Shown piece by piece: positions 49,755-59,388 of a stretch of 64,000 nt of DNA. The translations under genes were made by a program, and so were the position numbers. The stretch covers positions 32,001 through 96,000 of the forward strand of contig JBDKUN010000028.1 of the NCBI GenBank assembly GCA_039679675.1, given 5' to 3'. Position 1 is the first letter of the stretch. Every line of letters begins with the position of its first letter. The notes below the pieces were generated by a model. That model saw only the letters and a list, made by a program, of their open reading frames with translations. It was not told the DNA's origin and searched no databases. This DNA comes from Armatimonadota bacterium (GTDB lineage Bacteria; Armatimonadota; UBA5829; DTLH01).

Positions 49755-49985
49755 ATGGCAACAGTGGTTAAAAATGACAAGGTCGAGCGATGCTTCTATG
49801 TAGTGCATCCATTGGATGATGTGCCCGAGGAGAAGTTTGATGCCGAGCACCTCGGCCCGATGCCCATGACGCGCAGCGTCAAATGGTCTCTGTTTGCTCT
49901 TCGAGCTTATTTGATCTTGATGGGAGTGCTCGTCGGCTATCATGTGCTTGATCTCGCGGGGCTTTTTGGCCACCACATTCACTAA
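49755..49985 (+). CDS. Small single-pass membrane protein resembling the C-terminal module of NRAMP-like transporters
   Basis: GGAGG SD; KWSLFALRAYLILMGVLVGYHV. Confidence 0.7.
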   Translation: MATVVKNDKVERCFYVVHPLDDVPEEKFDAEHLGPMPMTRSVKWSLFALRAYLILMGVLVGYHVLDLAGLFGHHIH

Positions 49986-50006
49986 ATCGAAGGTTGTTAT
50001 TGAAAC

Positions 50007-50257
50007 ACCGCTCATTTGGCGGCACCCTACATAGAAAAGGAGGCAATCAGTTGGGTACCAACGAAAGCAGTAAACAGTCCGAACCCCCGAGTCCTGATGA
50101 TTCGGGTGACAAGCGATACATTATAACTCAACACGATGCTCCTTTTATGCCGCTGCTGCAGGTTTTCCTCTTTTGACACAGTAACCCATAGCGCTGGGAG
50201 CACCGTGCGTGCCGGGGTTTTATCCGGTGCGCCAACCGAATGTCTGGAGGTGCTTCT
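50007..50257 (+). promoter_or_regulatory. Structured leader copy 2 with uORF 50051-50176 (41 aa)
   Basis: Same blocks as copy 1; ends in GGAGGTGCTTCT directly before the transporter ATG. Confidence 0.7.
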
Positions 50258-51601
50258 ATGACAAAAATACGGGTCCGCCCCGTAGAAGCGGTTTCACATA
50301 TCGACTCAGAGCGGCTTGCGCCGCCTTCAGTCCGAACTACACACAGCCCTTGGGGCCGCAGACTGATGACTTTTCTGATGGTCATGGGGCCGGGCCTTAT
50401 TGTAATGGTATCCGATAATGATGCGGGTGCTGTTTCGACATACACTGAAGCGGGAGCGCGGTTCGGCATGCATCTGCTCTGGCTGCTGCTGTTTCTCCTG
50501 CCATGCACTTATTTTGTCCAGGAGATGGTTGCCCGTTTGGGAATAGCGACCGGCCAGGGGCATGCTGCCATGATCTACAAGCGGTTTGGCAAGTGGTGGG
50601 GCGTGTTCTCTCTTTTCGACCTGCTTCTGGTGAACTTTCTGACACTTATTACCGAGTTTGCCGCCATTGCTCTTGCGGTGAACATAATCGGCATTTCGGC
50701 ATATATAGCTGTACCTCTGGCAGCCGCGGGTTTGATATTTCTGGTCTCAACTGCGAGCTTCCGGCGCTGGGAGAAGGTTACGATTTTTCTGTGCGTCTTC
50801 GATATGGCCTGGTTCATTCTTGGCTGGAAGTATGCCCCAAGTGCCGGAACTGTCATAAGGAACACCCTGGTGCCGAGTATCCCACATGGTGGAATCACAT
50901 CGAGCCTGGTGTTTCTCGTTATTGCAATAGTCGGAACCACGATTGCGCCATGGCAGTTGTTCTTCCAGCAGAGCTGCGTGGCGGACAAGAAGCTGCGGTT
51001 CTCAGATTTGAAGTGGGAAAGGCTGGATACGTTCATTGGGGCCTGTGCCGTTATCATTGTGGCAGGATGTATGATGCTTGCCGGAAACTGGGCTGCCACC
51101 CACATTCCGGGTTTTCACTATGAAGACCCTGCAAAGATGTTCGTCGCAATGGGGCATCTGCTGGGGCCATTCACCCGCAACATAATGCTCCTGCTGATGT
51201 GCAATGCGGCGATTTTGGGGGCTACATCGATTTCTCTTTCGAGCGCATGGGCATATGGAGAAGTCAAAGGCTGGCCATCCAGCCTGGAGCTTCCGGTGAG
51301 AGAGGCAAAAGGGTTCTATGGTACCTATGCCGCATGCGTGGCACTGGCTGCGGCAATAGTGCTTATTCCGAGGGCGCCTCTGCAGTTGATTATCCTCAGC
51401 GTGCAGGTGCTTGCGGGGATTATGCTGCCGTCGGCTATTATCTTTCTTCAGCTGCTGCTAAACGACAAAGAGCTTCTGACAGAGAAGTATGTAAACAAAA
51501 ATTGGAATAACTTGATCAACTGGACGATCATCATCATCCTGTTTGCATTATCGCTTATCCTTGCGGCACAGGTTGTAGCTCCGAACCTTTTCCCGAAGTA
51601 A
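50258..51601 (+). CDS. NRAMP-family divalent metal transporter, probable Mg2+-type subgroup
   Basis: GPGLIVMVSDNDAGAVSTY, QEMVARLG, GTTIAPWQLFFQQS (not the DPGN/MPH motifs of MntH). Confidence 0.85.
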   Translation: MTKIRVRPVEAVSHIDSERLAPPSVRTTHSPWGRRLMTFLMVMGPGLIVMVSDNDAGAVSTYTEAGARFGMHLLWLLLFLLPCTYFVQEMVARLGIATGQGHAAMIYKRFGKWWGVFSLFDLLLVNFLTLITEFAAIALAVNIIGISAYIAVPLAAAGLIFLVSTASFRRWEKVTIFLCVFDMAWFILGWKYAPSAGTVIRNTLVPSIPHGGITSSLVFLVIAIVGTTIAPWQLFFQQSCVADKKLRFSDLKWERLDTFIGACAVIIVAGCMMLAGNWAATHIPGFHYEDPAKMFVAMGHLLGPFTRNIMLLLMCNAAILGATSISLSSAWAYGEVKGWPSSLELPVREAKGFYGTYAACVALAAAIVLIPRAPLQLIILSVQVLAGIMLPSAIIFLQLLLNDKELLTEKYVNKNWNNLINWTIIIILFALSLILAAQVVAPNLFPK

Positions 51602-51663
51602 TAGAGGCAAAACGGGCCAGGAATTACCCCGGCCCCAAGATTGTTTAGCAAAAAGACGATGGA

Positions 51664-52818
51664 TTAGTGAGCAGCGGCCAGTGCCGGCACTTTTTCGGCT
51701 GGTGTATTCACTTGGGCTGCGGGCTTATCAGCGGTCAGCAGCCCTATCTTAACTCCCCACATTTTCGCCATCTTTTTCGGAATGTCAGTGTTGTCCATCA
51801 GTCCAGCGAACTGCTCGGAGCCAGGGCCGAATGCGTAAATGGGAACCGGCACTCCGGTGTGGCCTTTTGACGACCATGAAGGCTGCAGTTGTCCTTCCGT
51901 ATTTGTGAGAAGAGTGAGCCCACCTGTCTCATGGTCTGCCGTCACTATGACGAGCGTATCGCCGTGCTTGCGGGCATAGTCCAGCCCAGCCGCTACTGCC
52001 CGGTCGAACTCAAGCAGTTGGTTGACAGCGCCGTCGAAGTCGTTTGCATGTGCGCAGAAGTCGATCTGTCCGCCTTCCACCATCAGGAAAAACCCGTCTT
52101 TGTCTTTTGAAAGTGTATCTAAGGCTTTTGTTGTGAGTGTCGAAAGTGGGGGCTCAGGAGCCTTTGTTGTCAGGTAGCCGTTTTCGAAGAGTCCAAGTAT
52201 TTTTGGTCCCTTTGCAGCTGCAAGCTCATCGGAATTAGTCGCGACAGTGTAACCGGCTGCCTTTGCTTCTGCAAGAGGGCAAAGGTCATCAGTGCGCTTG
52301 CTACCGGGCTGGTCCTTTGCGGCAAAAAACTGCATGCCGCCGCCCATGAGTACGTCCACTTGGTCTTCGAGCAATTGGCAGGCTATGTCTGTTTCATCGC
52401 CCCGGCTGCTTACATGAGATGCAAATGATGCTGGCGTAGCGTGGGAAATCGTGGTTGTGGTGACGAGTCCGGTCGATTTTTTTATGCCCATCGCAGCTTC
52501 AAGTATGGATTTCAGCCGCTTTCCGTCCGGTGTCATGCCGAGCATTCCGTTGTTCGTCTTCGTGCCCGTAGCGAGCGCGGTCCCGGCGGCGGCCGAGTCG
52601 GTAATGAGCGCATTTGCGGAATAAGTAGTGGCAAACCCGGAGACCGGCATAGTGTCCATCGCGAGCCGCCCGCCTGGCCCCTGGGAAGATATTCTCGCAC
52701 CGGCTACAGTGGCGAGCCCCATACCGTCGCCGATGAACAAAATGATATTCTTCGGCGCTCCGAAGGCGCTCGCCGCGAGCGCAATGATGAGAAATACGAT
52801 AATCGCGGTCTTTTTCAT
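51664..52818 (-). CDS. Alkaline phosphatase
   Basis: IGDGMG, TDSAAAGT, HATPA, VEGGQID, TADHETGG, GHTG. Confidence 0.94.
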   Translation of the reverse strand: MKKTAIIVFLIIALAASAFGAPKNIILFIGDGMGLATVAGARISSQGPGGRLAMDTMPVSGFATTYSANALITDSAAAGTALATGTKTNNGMLGMTPDGKRLKSILEAAMGIKKSTGLVTTTTISHATPASFASHVSSRGDETDIACQLLEDQVDVLMGGGMQFFAAKDQPGSKRTDDLCPLAEAKAAGYTVATNSDELAAAKGPKILGLFENGYLTTKAPEPPLSTLTTKALDTLSKDKDGFFLMVEGGQIDFCAHANDFDGAVNQLLEFDRAVAAGLDYARKHGDTLVIVTADHETGGLTLLTNTEGQLQPSWSSKGHTGVPVPIYAFGPGSEQFAGLMDNTDIPKKMAKMWGVKIGLLTADKPAAQVNTPAEKVPALAAAH

Positions 52819-53053
52819 TGATTTCACTCCTGATCCTGATACGGATAAATTGTAGAGAATGTTTATAGCTATATAAATATTAAGGCTAAAGGTAAAATTA
52901 TCCTCTGTCTGCAGTCAGACATTGAATTTCCCATCTGTGCAGCATCAGCGGACGTGGATTATCTTATTTCCGGCGAGGAACACCTTTTTGCGTTAGGAAC
53001 CGTTGGTAGAACGGAAATAATGAAGCCGGGTGCGTTCTGGAGGGAGATAACAG

Positions 53054-53734
53054 ATGCAGACGGATGAGTTTCTGAAAAAAGTCAGATTGCGGGCGGGTTT
53101 GGAGGATAACGAAAGGGCTCGGCAGGCGACTGACGCTGTTTTTGGGGCGCTTCGCGCTCGAATATCGCACGCGGGCGGCGATAATGCCGCAGAGCAGCTT
53201 CCCAAAGAGATCCGGGAGCTTTGGGAAAAGGGGCTTGCGGAGCATGTTACTCGTTCTTTCGTAGGAGTAGACCGGATGGACTTGAGCGAGTTCCTTGGGA
53301 GGGTGCAGGCCAGAGCCCATCTCGCGAACGCAGACCATGCCGAAGCGGTAGTCCGCGCTGTTTTTATGACCATGAAGGAGCAGCTCACGCGGGGAGCGCA
53401 GTACTCGATAGAGCATCAGCTCCCGGATGACTTACGAGCGCTTTGGCAGACCAGCAACCCTCCTTCTGAGGTGAAAGAAGGAATATCCAGGGCTGAACCG
53501 GCCGCCGGTATTCTTCGCTCTGACGACCAGCTTACGGATGATATTATCAAAGCGCTTGAGACCGACGATGAGATCGAAGAAGAGCGGATAAATGTTCACG
53601 TACAGCAGGGTTCGGTAACGCTTCGCGGGATTGTCAGGACTTCGCATGAATGGGAGGCCGCGAACCGGGCAGCATCTCAGACCCTCGGCGTCCGGGAAGT
53701 AAGAAACGAGCTGACCATAATGGAGTCGACATAG
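53054..53734 (+). CDS. DUF2267 plus BON domain protein
   Basis: AVFGALR..QLP repeated twice; C-terminal INVHVQQGSVTLRG..GVREVRNEL. Confidence 0.8.
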   Translation: MQTDEFLKKVRLRAGLEDNERARQATDAVFGALRARISHAGGDNAAEQLPKEIRELWEKGLAEHVTRSFVGVDRMDLSEFLGRVQARAHLANADHAEAVVRAVFMTMKEQLTRGAQYSIEHQLPDDLRALWQTSNPPSEVKEGISRAEPAAGILRSDDQLTDDIIKALETDDEIEEERINVHVQQGSVTLRGIVRTSHEWEAANRAASQTLGVREVRNELTIMEST

Positions 53735-53806
53735 GTGAGCTGACAGCTACCAGGTTTTGAACCGCGGAAGGTGGAGATTTGCAGCGTCTGCACTTATGCT
53801 GCGAGT

Positions 53807-53861
53807 CTCCACCAATCTCCTTGGAGTGCGAAAGCGATAACTTCCACGGTTCTATCGGCAT
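53807..53861 (-). repeat. Solo copy of the RAYT-associated REP element
   Basis: TTGGAGTGCGAAAGC..CTTCCAC..TTCTATCGGCA resembles the reverse complement of 41250-41300. Confidence 0.75.
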
Positions 53862-53957
53862 TTTGCCTATAACTCTCTAAAGTAAACATCCCCTTTAGCC
53901 AATAATCTCATGTGATAATTACCAGTAAAAATACTATGAAATGCAGTGGTTTACGCT

Positions 53958-54866
53958 ATGTCGGCAATTTCTACGTTTGATTTCACGAAAGTCTACAAGC
54001 TGCGGCATGGGAAGACAAGGGTCGCCGTCAGCTCCCTCAATCTCAATGTCTGCCAGGGTGAAATATTCGGGTTCCTGGGCCCCAACGGTGCGGGAAAGAC
54101 CACCACGATAAAGACTCTGCTTGGCTTCATCCGTCCGACTTCGGGCAGGGCAGAGATCCTTGGGGTACCAGTAGACAGGCCCGAAGCCCGGATACCAGTG
54201 GGCTACCTTCCGGAGCAGCCGTATTTTCATAAGTTTATGACCCCGGTCGAGATTGTCTCTATGCATGCCGGGCTCTCCAATGTTCCCAGGCGGGAGAGAA
54301 AAGACCGTGTGTGGGAAGTCATACACACAGTCGGGCTCTCGGAGATAGCGAAGGTTCCGGTGTCGAAGCTCTCCAAAGGACAGGTCCAGCGGATCGGTCT
54401 CGCACAGGCGCTGGTGGGAGACCCAAAGATACTTATACTGGATGAGCCGGCTTCGGGGCTTGATCCGCTCGGCCGCCGCCAAGTGCGCGACCTGCTGCTT
54501 CGCCAGCGAGAGATGGGAAGGACGATATTCCTGAGCTCGCATCTGCTCTCAGAAATCGAGGCGGTGTGCGACAGGGTGGCAGTGCTTTCGCATGGCAAGC
54601 TCACTGCTATAGGGGCCCCCGGTGAAATCAAAGAGGACAGCAACAAGACGACCGTCACCACGCAGGGACTAAAGGCGGGGACACTGGAGAAAGTCGACGA
54701 GCTCGGAGCCACGGCTTACTACTCCGAAGGGGATAACATCATCACGGTAGAGTCCAGCAAGGTCTACGACCTGATAGACATACTCCGGGAGGCGGACCTT
54801 CCGCTTACTTCCGTTGTGCCCGATCGGGAAAGCCTTGAAGATGCATTCCTGCGGCTTGCAGCGTAA
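53958..54866 (+). CDS. ABC transporter ATP-binding protein
   Basis: GPNGAGKTT, LSKGQ, ILDEP, SSH. Confidence 0.93.
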   Translation: MSAISTFDFTKVYKLRHGKTRVAVSSLNLNVCQGEIFGFLGPNGAGKTTTIKTLLGFIRPTSGRAEILGVPVDRPEARIPVGYLPEQPYFHKFMTPVEIVSMHAGLSNVPRRERKDRVWEVIHTVGLSEIAKVPVSKLSKGQVQRIGLAQALVGDPKILILDEPASGLDPLGRRQVRDLLLRQREMGRTIFLSSHLLSEIEAVCDRVAVLSHGKLTAIGAPGEIKEDSNKTTVTTQGLKAGTLEKVDELGATAYYSEGDNIITVESSKVYDLIDILREADLPLTSVVPDRESLEDAFLRLAA

Positions 54867-54881
54867 AAGGAGGACTGTTTT

Positions 54882-55646
54882 ATGTCACATATTCTGATAT
54901 TAGCCAGGTTAACCATGCTGGAAAATGCGAGAAAGCAGGTCTTCCATGTGGTCACTCTCCTCACTCTGACCGTAGTATGTGCTTCCGTGCTGCTGTCGTT
55001 CTTCACTCTCGGTGTTCAGGTGAAGATCCTGAAAGATCTGTGCATGACGAGCATACTTTTCTGCGGCGGAGTGCTTGCCGTCGCATTGGCATCTACGGCC
55101 ATTCCAGGCGAGGTGGAGTCGCGCACGTGCTATCCCACCCTTGCCCGGCCGGTCACCAGATGCCAGCTCATGCTCGGCAAGTATTTCGGTACTCTTTTCA
55201 CGGTCTATATCGGGCTGGCGGTCATCGGGCTGGCATTTGCTGCGCTCCTTGTAGGAAGGCACGCACTCGACGGGTTGTTAATCCTTGCGCTCGGTTATGC
55301 GCTGATTGAAGTTGCGATAATAGCCGCCATTACTATGTGCGTATCTACGTTCACCACTCCGGCTGTGGCCGCGATGGTGTCGTTTTTGGTGTTCATCGCA
55401 GGCTCGACTAAGATCGCCTATTTCAGGCCGCTCGTGGAGAACGTGGACAACCCAGTGGCGAAAGTTATGGCCAAGGGGGTATATCACCTTCTGCCCAACC
55501 TGGAATCGTTCAACTTTAAGGATGCGCTTGTCCACCGACTGCATGTCCCGGAAAGCTATCTTGTCCAGGTGGCTGTGTACGGCGTGCTTTACGCGGCGCT
55601 TGCCCTGACTGTCGCCAAGTGCGCGTTCAGCAGGAAGGAGCTCTAG
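54882..55646 (+). CDS. ABC-2 type permease
   Basis: EVESRT..LARPV..LGKY motif, 6 TM. Confidence 0.85.
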   Translation: MSHILILARLTMLENARKQVFHVVTLLTLTVVCASVLLSFFTLGVQVKILKDLCMTSILFCGGVLAVALASTAIPGEVESRTCYPTLARPVTRCQLMLGKYFGTLFTVYIGLAVIGLAFAALLVGRHALDGLLILALGYALIEVAIIAAITMCVSTFTTPAVAAMVSFLVFIAGSTKIAYFRPLVENVDNPVAKVMAKGVYHLLPNLESFNFKDALVHRLHVPESYLVQVAVYGVLYAALALTVAKCAFSRKEL

Positions 55647-55647
55647 T

Positions 55648-55860
55648 ATGCGGCGGATATTGGCAGTGCTGCTTGCTGTTCTCGCGTCTCCGGCCATAGC
55701 TCATGGAGATCACTGCGAAGAATGCCTTGAGCATCACTGGATGAAACCGGAATATCTGTCCGAAACCCGGCTGCAGCTTATCTTTATAGCCGGAATAATG
55801 TCTATTTATATAGTGTACCAGCTTATTTTGTGGTTCAAGAGGACACGCCGATGCGGATAA
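55648..55860 (+). CDS. Small membrane protein with His/Cys-rich segment
   Basis: Signal-like N-terminus, HGDHCEECLEHH, C-terminal TM; coupled to neighbours. Confidence 0.6.
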   Translation: MRRILAVLLAVLASPAIAHGDHCEECLEHHWMKPEYLSETRLQLIFIAGIMSIYIVYQLILWFKRTRRCG

Positions 55861-56420
55861 AAACGATTGCGCTTTTGCTGGTTCTGTTTTCCGGGCTGGC
55901 GGTCCTCGATACAACCGTGGAAGAGAACCGCCCAACACCTGTGGGTGGAAACTCCGCCGCTACTATACTTGCCGGTGAGTTTCGCACAGTCTTTGCTAAC
56001 CTGCTCTGGATCAAAGCCGAGAATTATCACCACGAATACATAGCTCACAACAGCGACTGGACGAAAAATACCGACCTTCTCGGTCTGGACCAGATCATTA
56101 CAAAGCTCGATCCTCATTTTGAAGAAGCCTATGCGGCAGGGGCTGCGATGCTGATCGGACAGAACAGGCTGAAAGAAGCAAATGCCTACCTGGGAGAAGG
56201 GGTAACCAACAACCCGAACTCGATGATGCTGCACGACGAGTATGGAACGTTCCTGGCAAGGTATATGAAAGATTACAAAAGCTCGCTGTTCCATCTGAGG
56301 CGTGCTTACCTGCTTACGTCCGACGATTGGCAGCGAAACAGGCTCTCCAGGCTGGTAAAAACAGTAGAAGGACTTTCACAGACCGCCAAATCCGGCCCAT
56401 TGTCGACATCCGGCAGTTGA
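55851..56420 (+). CDS. Membrane-anchored TPR-like protein
   Basis: ANLLWIKA, ITKLDPHF, LGEGVTNNP. Confidence 0.7.
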   Translation: MRIKTIALLLVLFSGLAVLDTTVEENRPTPVGGNSAATILAGEFRTVFANLLWIKAENYHHEYIAHNSDWTKNTDLLGLDQIITKLDPHFEEAYAAGAAMLIGQNRLKEANAYLGEGVTNNPNSMMLHDEYGTFLARYMKDYKSSLFHLRRAYLLTSDDWQRNRLSRLVKTVEGLSQTAKSGPLSTSGS

Positions 56421-56645
56421 GCAGAAGGGATGGTATGAGTTGTGAGAGATAACCTGTCCCATCCCCCAACCCTCGTCCTATCTTCCTTATTCGGGCTTGA
56501 CTAAGTGAAAATATTACTGTAGATTGGATCTGCAGAGTTTCGAGTTTGAGCGTAAAACCAGCAGATACAGCATTTTACCCGAAACTCTTTAGCTGTGCAG
56601 TAATATGCCTCGCAAGTTGACAAATGCCAAGGAAGGTACTCCGCT

Positions 56646-58136
56646 ATGCGACTAAAACACGTCATATCCTGTGGGATTGCAGTTCTCGTTGTTGCATCCT
56701 GTGCCCTCGCCGGTTCGATGGCCACGGGACGCAGATATTATGCCGATACAGTCTTCTCCTGGTGGCCGACAGCCAAAGACCTGTCACTTTTCCAGAAGTT
56801 CGTGGACGAGAGCAAAGAGAAAGGTATGAACTCGATCAGCATAGACGTGCCGTGGAGTATCATGTCAGCGGACGGCCGGTGCGATTTTGCCGAGGCCGAC
56901 AAACGGATCGACTACATAGTCTCGCGCGGAATGTCGGTCTTCATCAGGATCAACACCACTACCCTCGGCGGGCAATCACCAAAGTGGCTGACCGATGATA
57001 TGCTCCAAAGGATACCGGACGGCAGTGTCTACCGCCGCTCGACCGACGGGGCAACACTTCCATCGCTTGCGCATCCGGCAGTCCTTCGGCGCATCACAAG
57101 CTTCTGCAGGTCGACAGCGGAGCATTACGGTTCGCGCTACAGGCGCACTGCTTCCGGTGATTACCCAGTCGTAGCATTGTCTCCTGCATTCAGCCTTTAT
57201 ATGGAGAGCGGTTACTTCCCGGATGCAGATGTGGACTACTCGACGGCGGCTCAGGCTGATTTTGCGGCATGGGTCAAGACTTACTACAAGTCACTTGCGG
57301 ACCTAAATGCAAAATGGGGCCGAAACTACAAGTCCTGGCGGGAAATCAAGCTGGCCGATGCGCATAACACTGCGAAGCAGCTATACTTCGAGTTTACCCT
57401 CCAAAGAGTGCTCGGTTCAATCGCTGATGCAGTGCATAAAGCGTCGAATATCCCCGTGGGGCTGCAGGTCGGGTGTATCTGGGACAATCCACAACGACGT
57501 ACGATGAGTGTCGGGCCGCTTATGCGCAAGATGGATTGGCTTTTCACGGCGGACGCACCCGATTTCGACCATGCCTTCTCGACGGACTACGCCAGGTGCT
57601 CTGCTTTGGGGAAAAAGGTATCGAGCGAGATAGACGCAGCAAGCCATGCGGCAGCTACGAACGGTCGGTACTTCAACCAGGGAGTGCGTGCGTTCGAACA
57701 TGGCGCTTCTTCTGCCGTCCTGGCTAACTGGGACCTCTCAAGCATCAGAGATAACGATAAATGGCCGTTTCTGCACTTCCTGGGGGAACTTGCCAGGAAA
57801 CCTTCGGCCAATCCTAAGCCGGATAAGGCTATCTATGTATCGACGTGGGACCTGATCAACAAAACGGCTTCCATCGATCAGTACCTACCTGTCTACGAAA
57901 TGCTGTCGGATGGCGGAAAGCAGTGTGTGGATGTGCTTTCCGACTACGCGATAAGCGCCAACCCGGCTATTCTGTCGAACTACTCGGAAATCTACCTTCC
58001 AGCCAACTGGACAATACCGCCGGAGGTAAGAATGGCGCTCGCCAGGGTCAAAAACAAGCTGAAAGCCTCAAAGCCTTTAATAGCAGGCACACTGGACGAA
58101 TATGGGCGCCCCGCCGATCCGTTCATCAAGCCGTGA
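56646..58136 (+). CDS. Secreted glycoside hydrolase (GH42/GH14-like TIM barrel)
   Basis: Signal peptide; DVPWS, DYSTAAQADF, LNAKWG. Confidence 0.7.
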   Translation: MRLKHVISCGIAVLVVASCALAGSMATGRRYYADTVFSWWPTAKDLSLFQKFVDESKEKGMNSISIDVPWSIMSADGRCDFAEADKRIDYIVSRGMSVFIRINTTTLGGQSPKWLTDDMLQRIPDGSVYRRSTDGATLPSLAHPAVLRRITSFCRSTAEHYGSRYRRTASGDYPVVALSPAFSLYMESGYFPDADVDYSTAAQADFAAWVKTYYKSLADLNAKWGRNYKSWREIKLADAHNTAKQLYFEFTLQRVLGSIADAVHKASNIPVGLQVGCIWDNPQRRTMSVGPLMRKMDWLFTADAPDFDHAFSTDYARCSALGKKVSSEIDAASHAAATNGRYFNQGVRAFEHGASSAVLANWDLSSIRDNDKWPFLHFLGELARKPSANPKPDKAIYVSTWDLINKTASIDQYLPVYEMLSDGGKQCVDVLSDYAISANPAILSNYSEIYLPANWTIPPEVRMALARVKNKLKASKPLIAGTLDEYGRPADPFIKP

Positions 58137-58219
58137 ACTTCAGTCTCGCCTAAAGCAGGCCGCTCACTTTCCGTTTGCCGCTATTTCCGGTGGGGTAAGA
58201 CCGCTGCAGGTACAAGATT

Positions 58220-59293
58220 ATGGCGGTAAAACATCTGACAGCGGCGGACCTGCGGCATGCCGTTCTTTTCGCTGCGTTTATATACCTGGCGATTAAATTT
58301 ATCGATGCAATTGCCGGGATCATCCTTGTTTTCGGCATAATTGTGCTGGTATCGCTAATTCTGAACCCGATAGTGAGCTGGCTGGAACGGCATAGGTTGC
58401 CGCGAATCCTCTCCGCGTCCTCTATGGCGCTTCTGGGTCTGGGCACAATCTTTCTGTTTATCTGGTTTGTCGTTCCCAGGTTAGCCGAACAATTTTCCGG
58501 GTTTGCCACTGACTTTCCCTCATACATCGATCACCTGCACGGATGGCTCCGCAGAGAGATGCCAAGTGTGGCAAAACGCATACCCTCAGCAGATATGCTG
58601 GCCGGTGAAGTAATCCGGCGGATAGGGCCGTTTCTGGGTGGGCTTGCCGGATACGCGCTCAGCTTTGCCAACCTGCTTGTCAGTATTCTCATCATATTTA
58701 TCAGCACGATCTTCGCTATCTCGAACCCACGGCCGATTGTGCAGGGGTTCCTCGCGCTTTTTCCACCGCAACCGCGTCAGAAAGTGATAGATACTGTTCA
58801 ATCTATTTCACTGCAGATGAGGGCATGGGCTTTAGGCACACTTTTCAATATGTTCCTGATATTTATCCTCACATGGATCGCCCTGACTATACTCGGATTC
58901 AAAGCCGCATTTCTCTTTGCCGTGCTTGCCGGTGCGCTTGAGCTGGTGCCGATACTTGGGCCGATAGCCGCGGCGACACCCCCTGTCCTCATAGCGCTTG
59001 TTCAGAACCCGATCTTTGCCCTGTGGGTGGCTATAATTTACACAATCATCCAACAGTTTGAGAGCAATGTGCTTGTTCCTCTGGTCATGGGCGGACAGTT
59101 GAAACAGCATCCGCTTTCCATCATTTTCTTTATCCTTGTAATGGGAGGTATATACGGCCTAGTCGGGGTCTTTCTGGCTGTACCGACAGCAGCTGTGGCT
59201 AAAACGATAGTGAACAAGTTCTACATAGAACCCCGCATTGGATCGGAAGAAAACCGCCTTTCAGAAGAAGCAGAACAGATTGTATCGGGTTAG
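58220..59293 (+). CDS. AI-2E family transporter
   Basis: LNPIVSWL, LVPILGP, QFESNVLVP, HPL, GVFLAVP. Confidence 0.9.
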   Translation: MAVKHLTAADLRHAVLFAAFIYLAIKFIDAIAGIILVFGIIVLVSLILNPIVSWLERHRLPRILSASSMALLGLGTIFLFIWFVVPRLAEQFSGFATDFPSYIDHLHGWLRREMPSVAKRIPSADMLAGEVIRRIGPFLGGLAGYALSFANLLVSILIIFISTIFAISNPRPIVQGFLALFPPQPRQKVIDTVQSISLQMRAWALGTLFNMFLIFILTWIALTILGFKAAFLFAVLAGALELVPILGPIAAATPPVLIALVQNPIFALWVAIIYTIIQQFESNVLVPLVMGGQLKQHPLSIIFFILVMGGIYGLVGVFLAVPTAAVAKTIVNKFYIEPRIGSEENRLSEEAEQIVSG

Positions 59294-59388
59294 TTGACAT
59301 TAGCAAGCCGGCATGCTATAAAAGCCATGTGAACATATGAGTACGGTTGTTTGTGCGCGGTATGTAATGTATTACACAGGAGATATGG

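Noticed and set aside
50065..50110. CTGATGA and CGAAA resembling a hammerhead ribozyme core
   Set aside because: Stem III and the NUH site cannot be formed, and the paralogous copy has CCGATGA.
49340..50257. M-box (ykoK) or yybP-ykoY riboswitch before the metal transporter
   Set aside because: Their hallmark sequences (GGTGAGGCT..GCTAAAGC; GGGGAGTAG) were not seen.
52855..52900. Pho box upstream of alkaline phosphatase
   Set aside because: AT-rich, but no convincing 11 bp periodic direct repeats.
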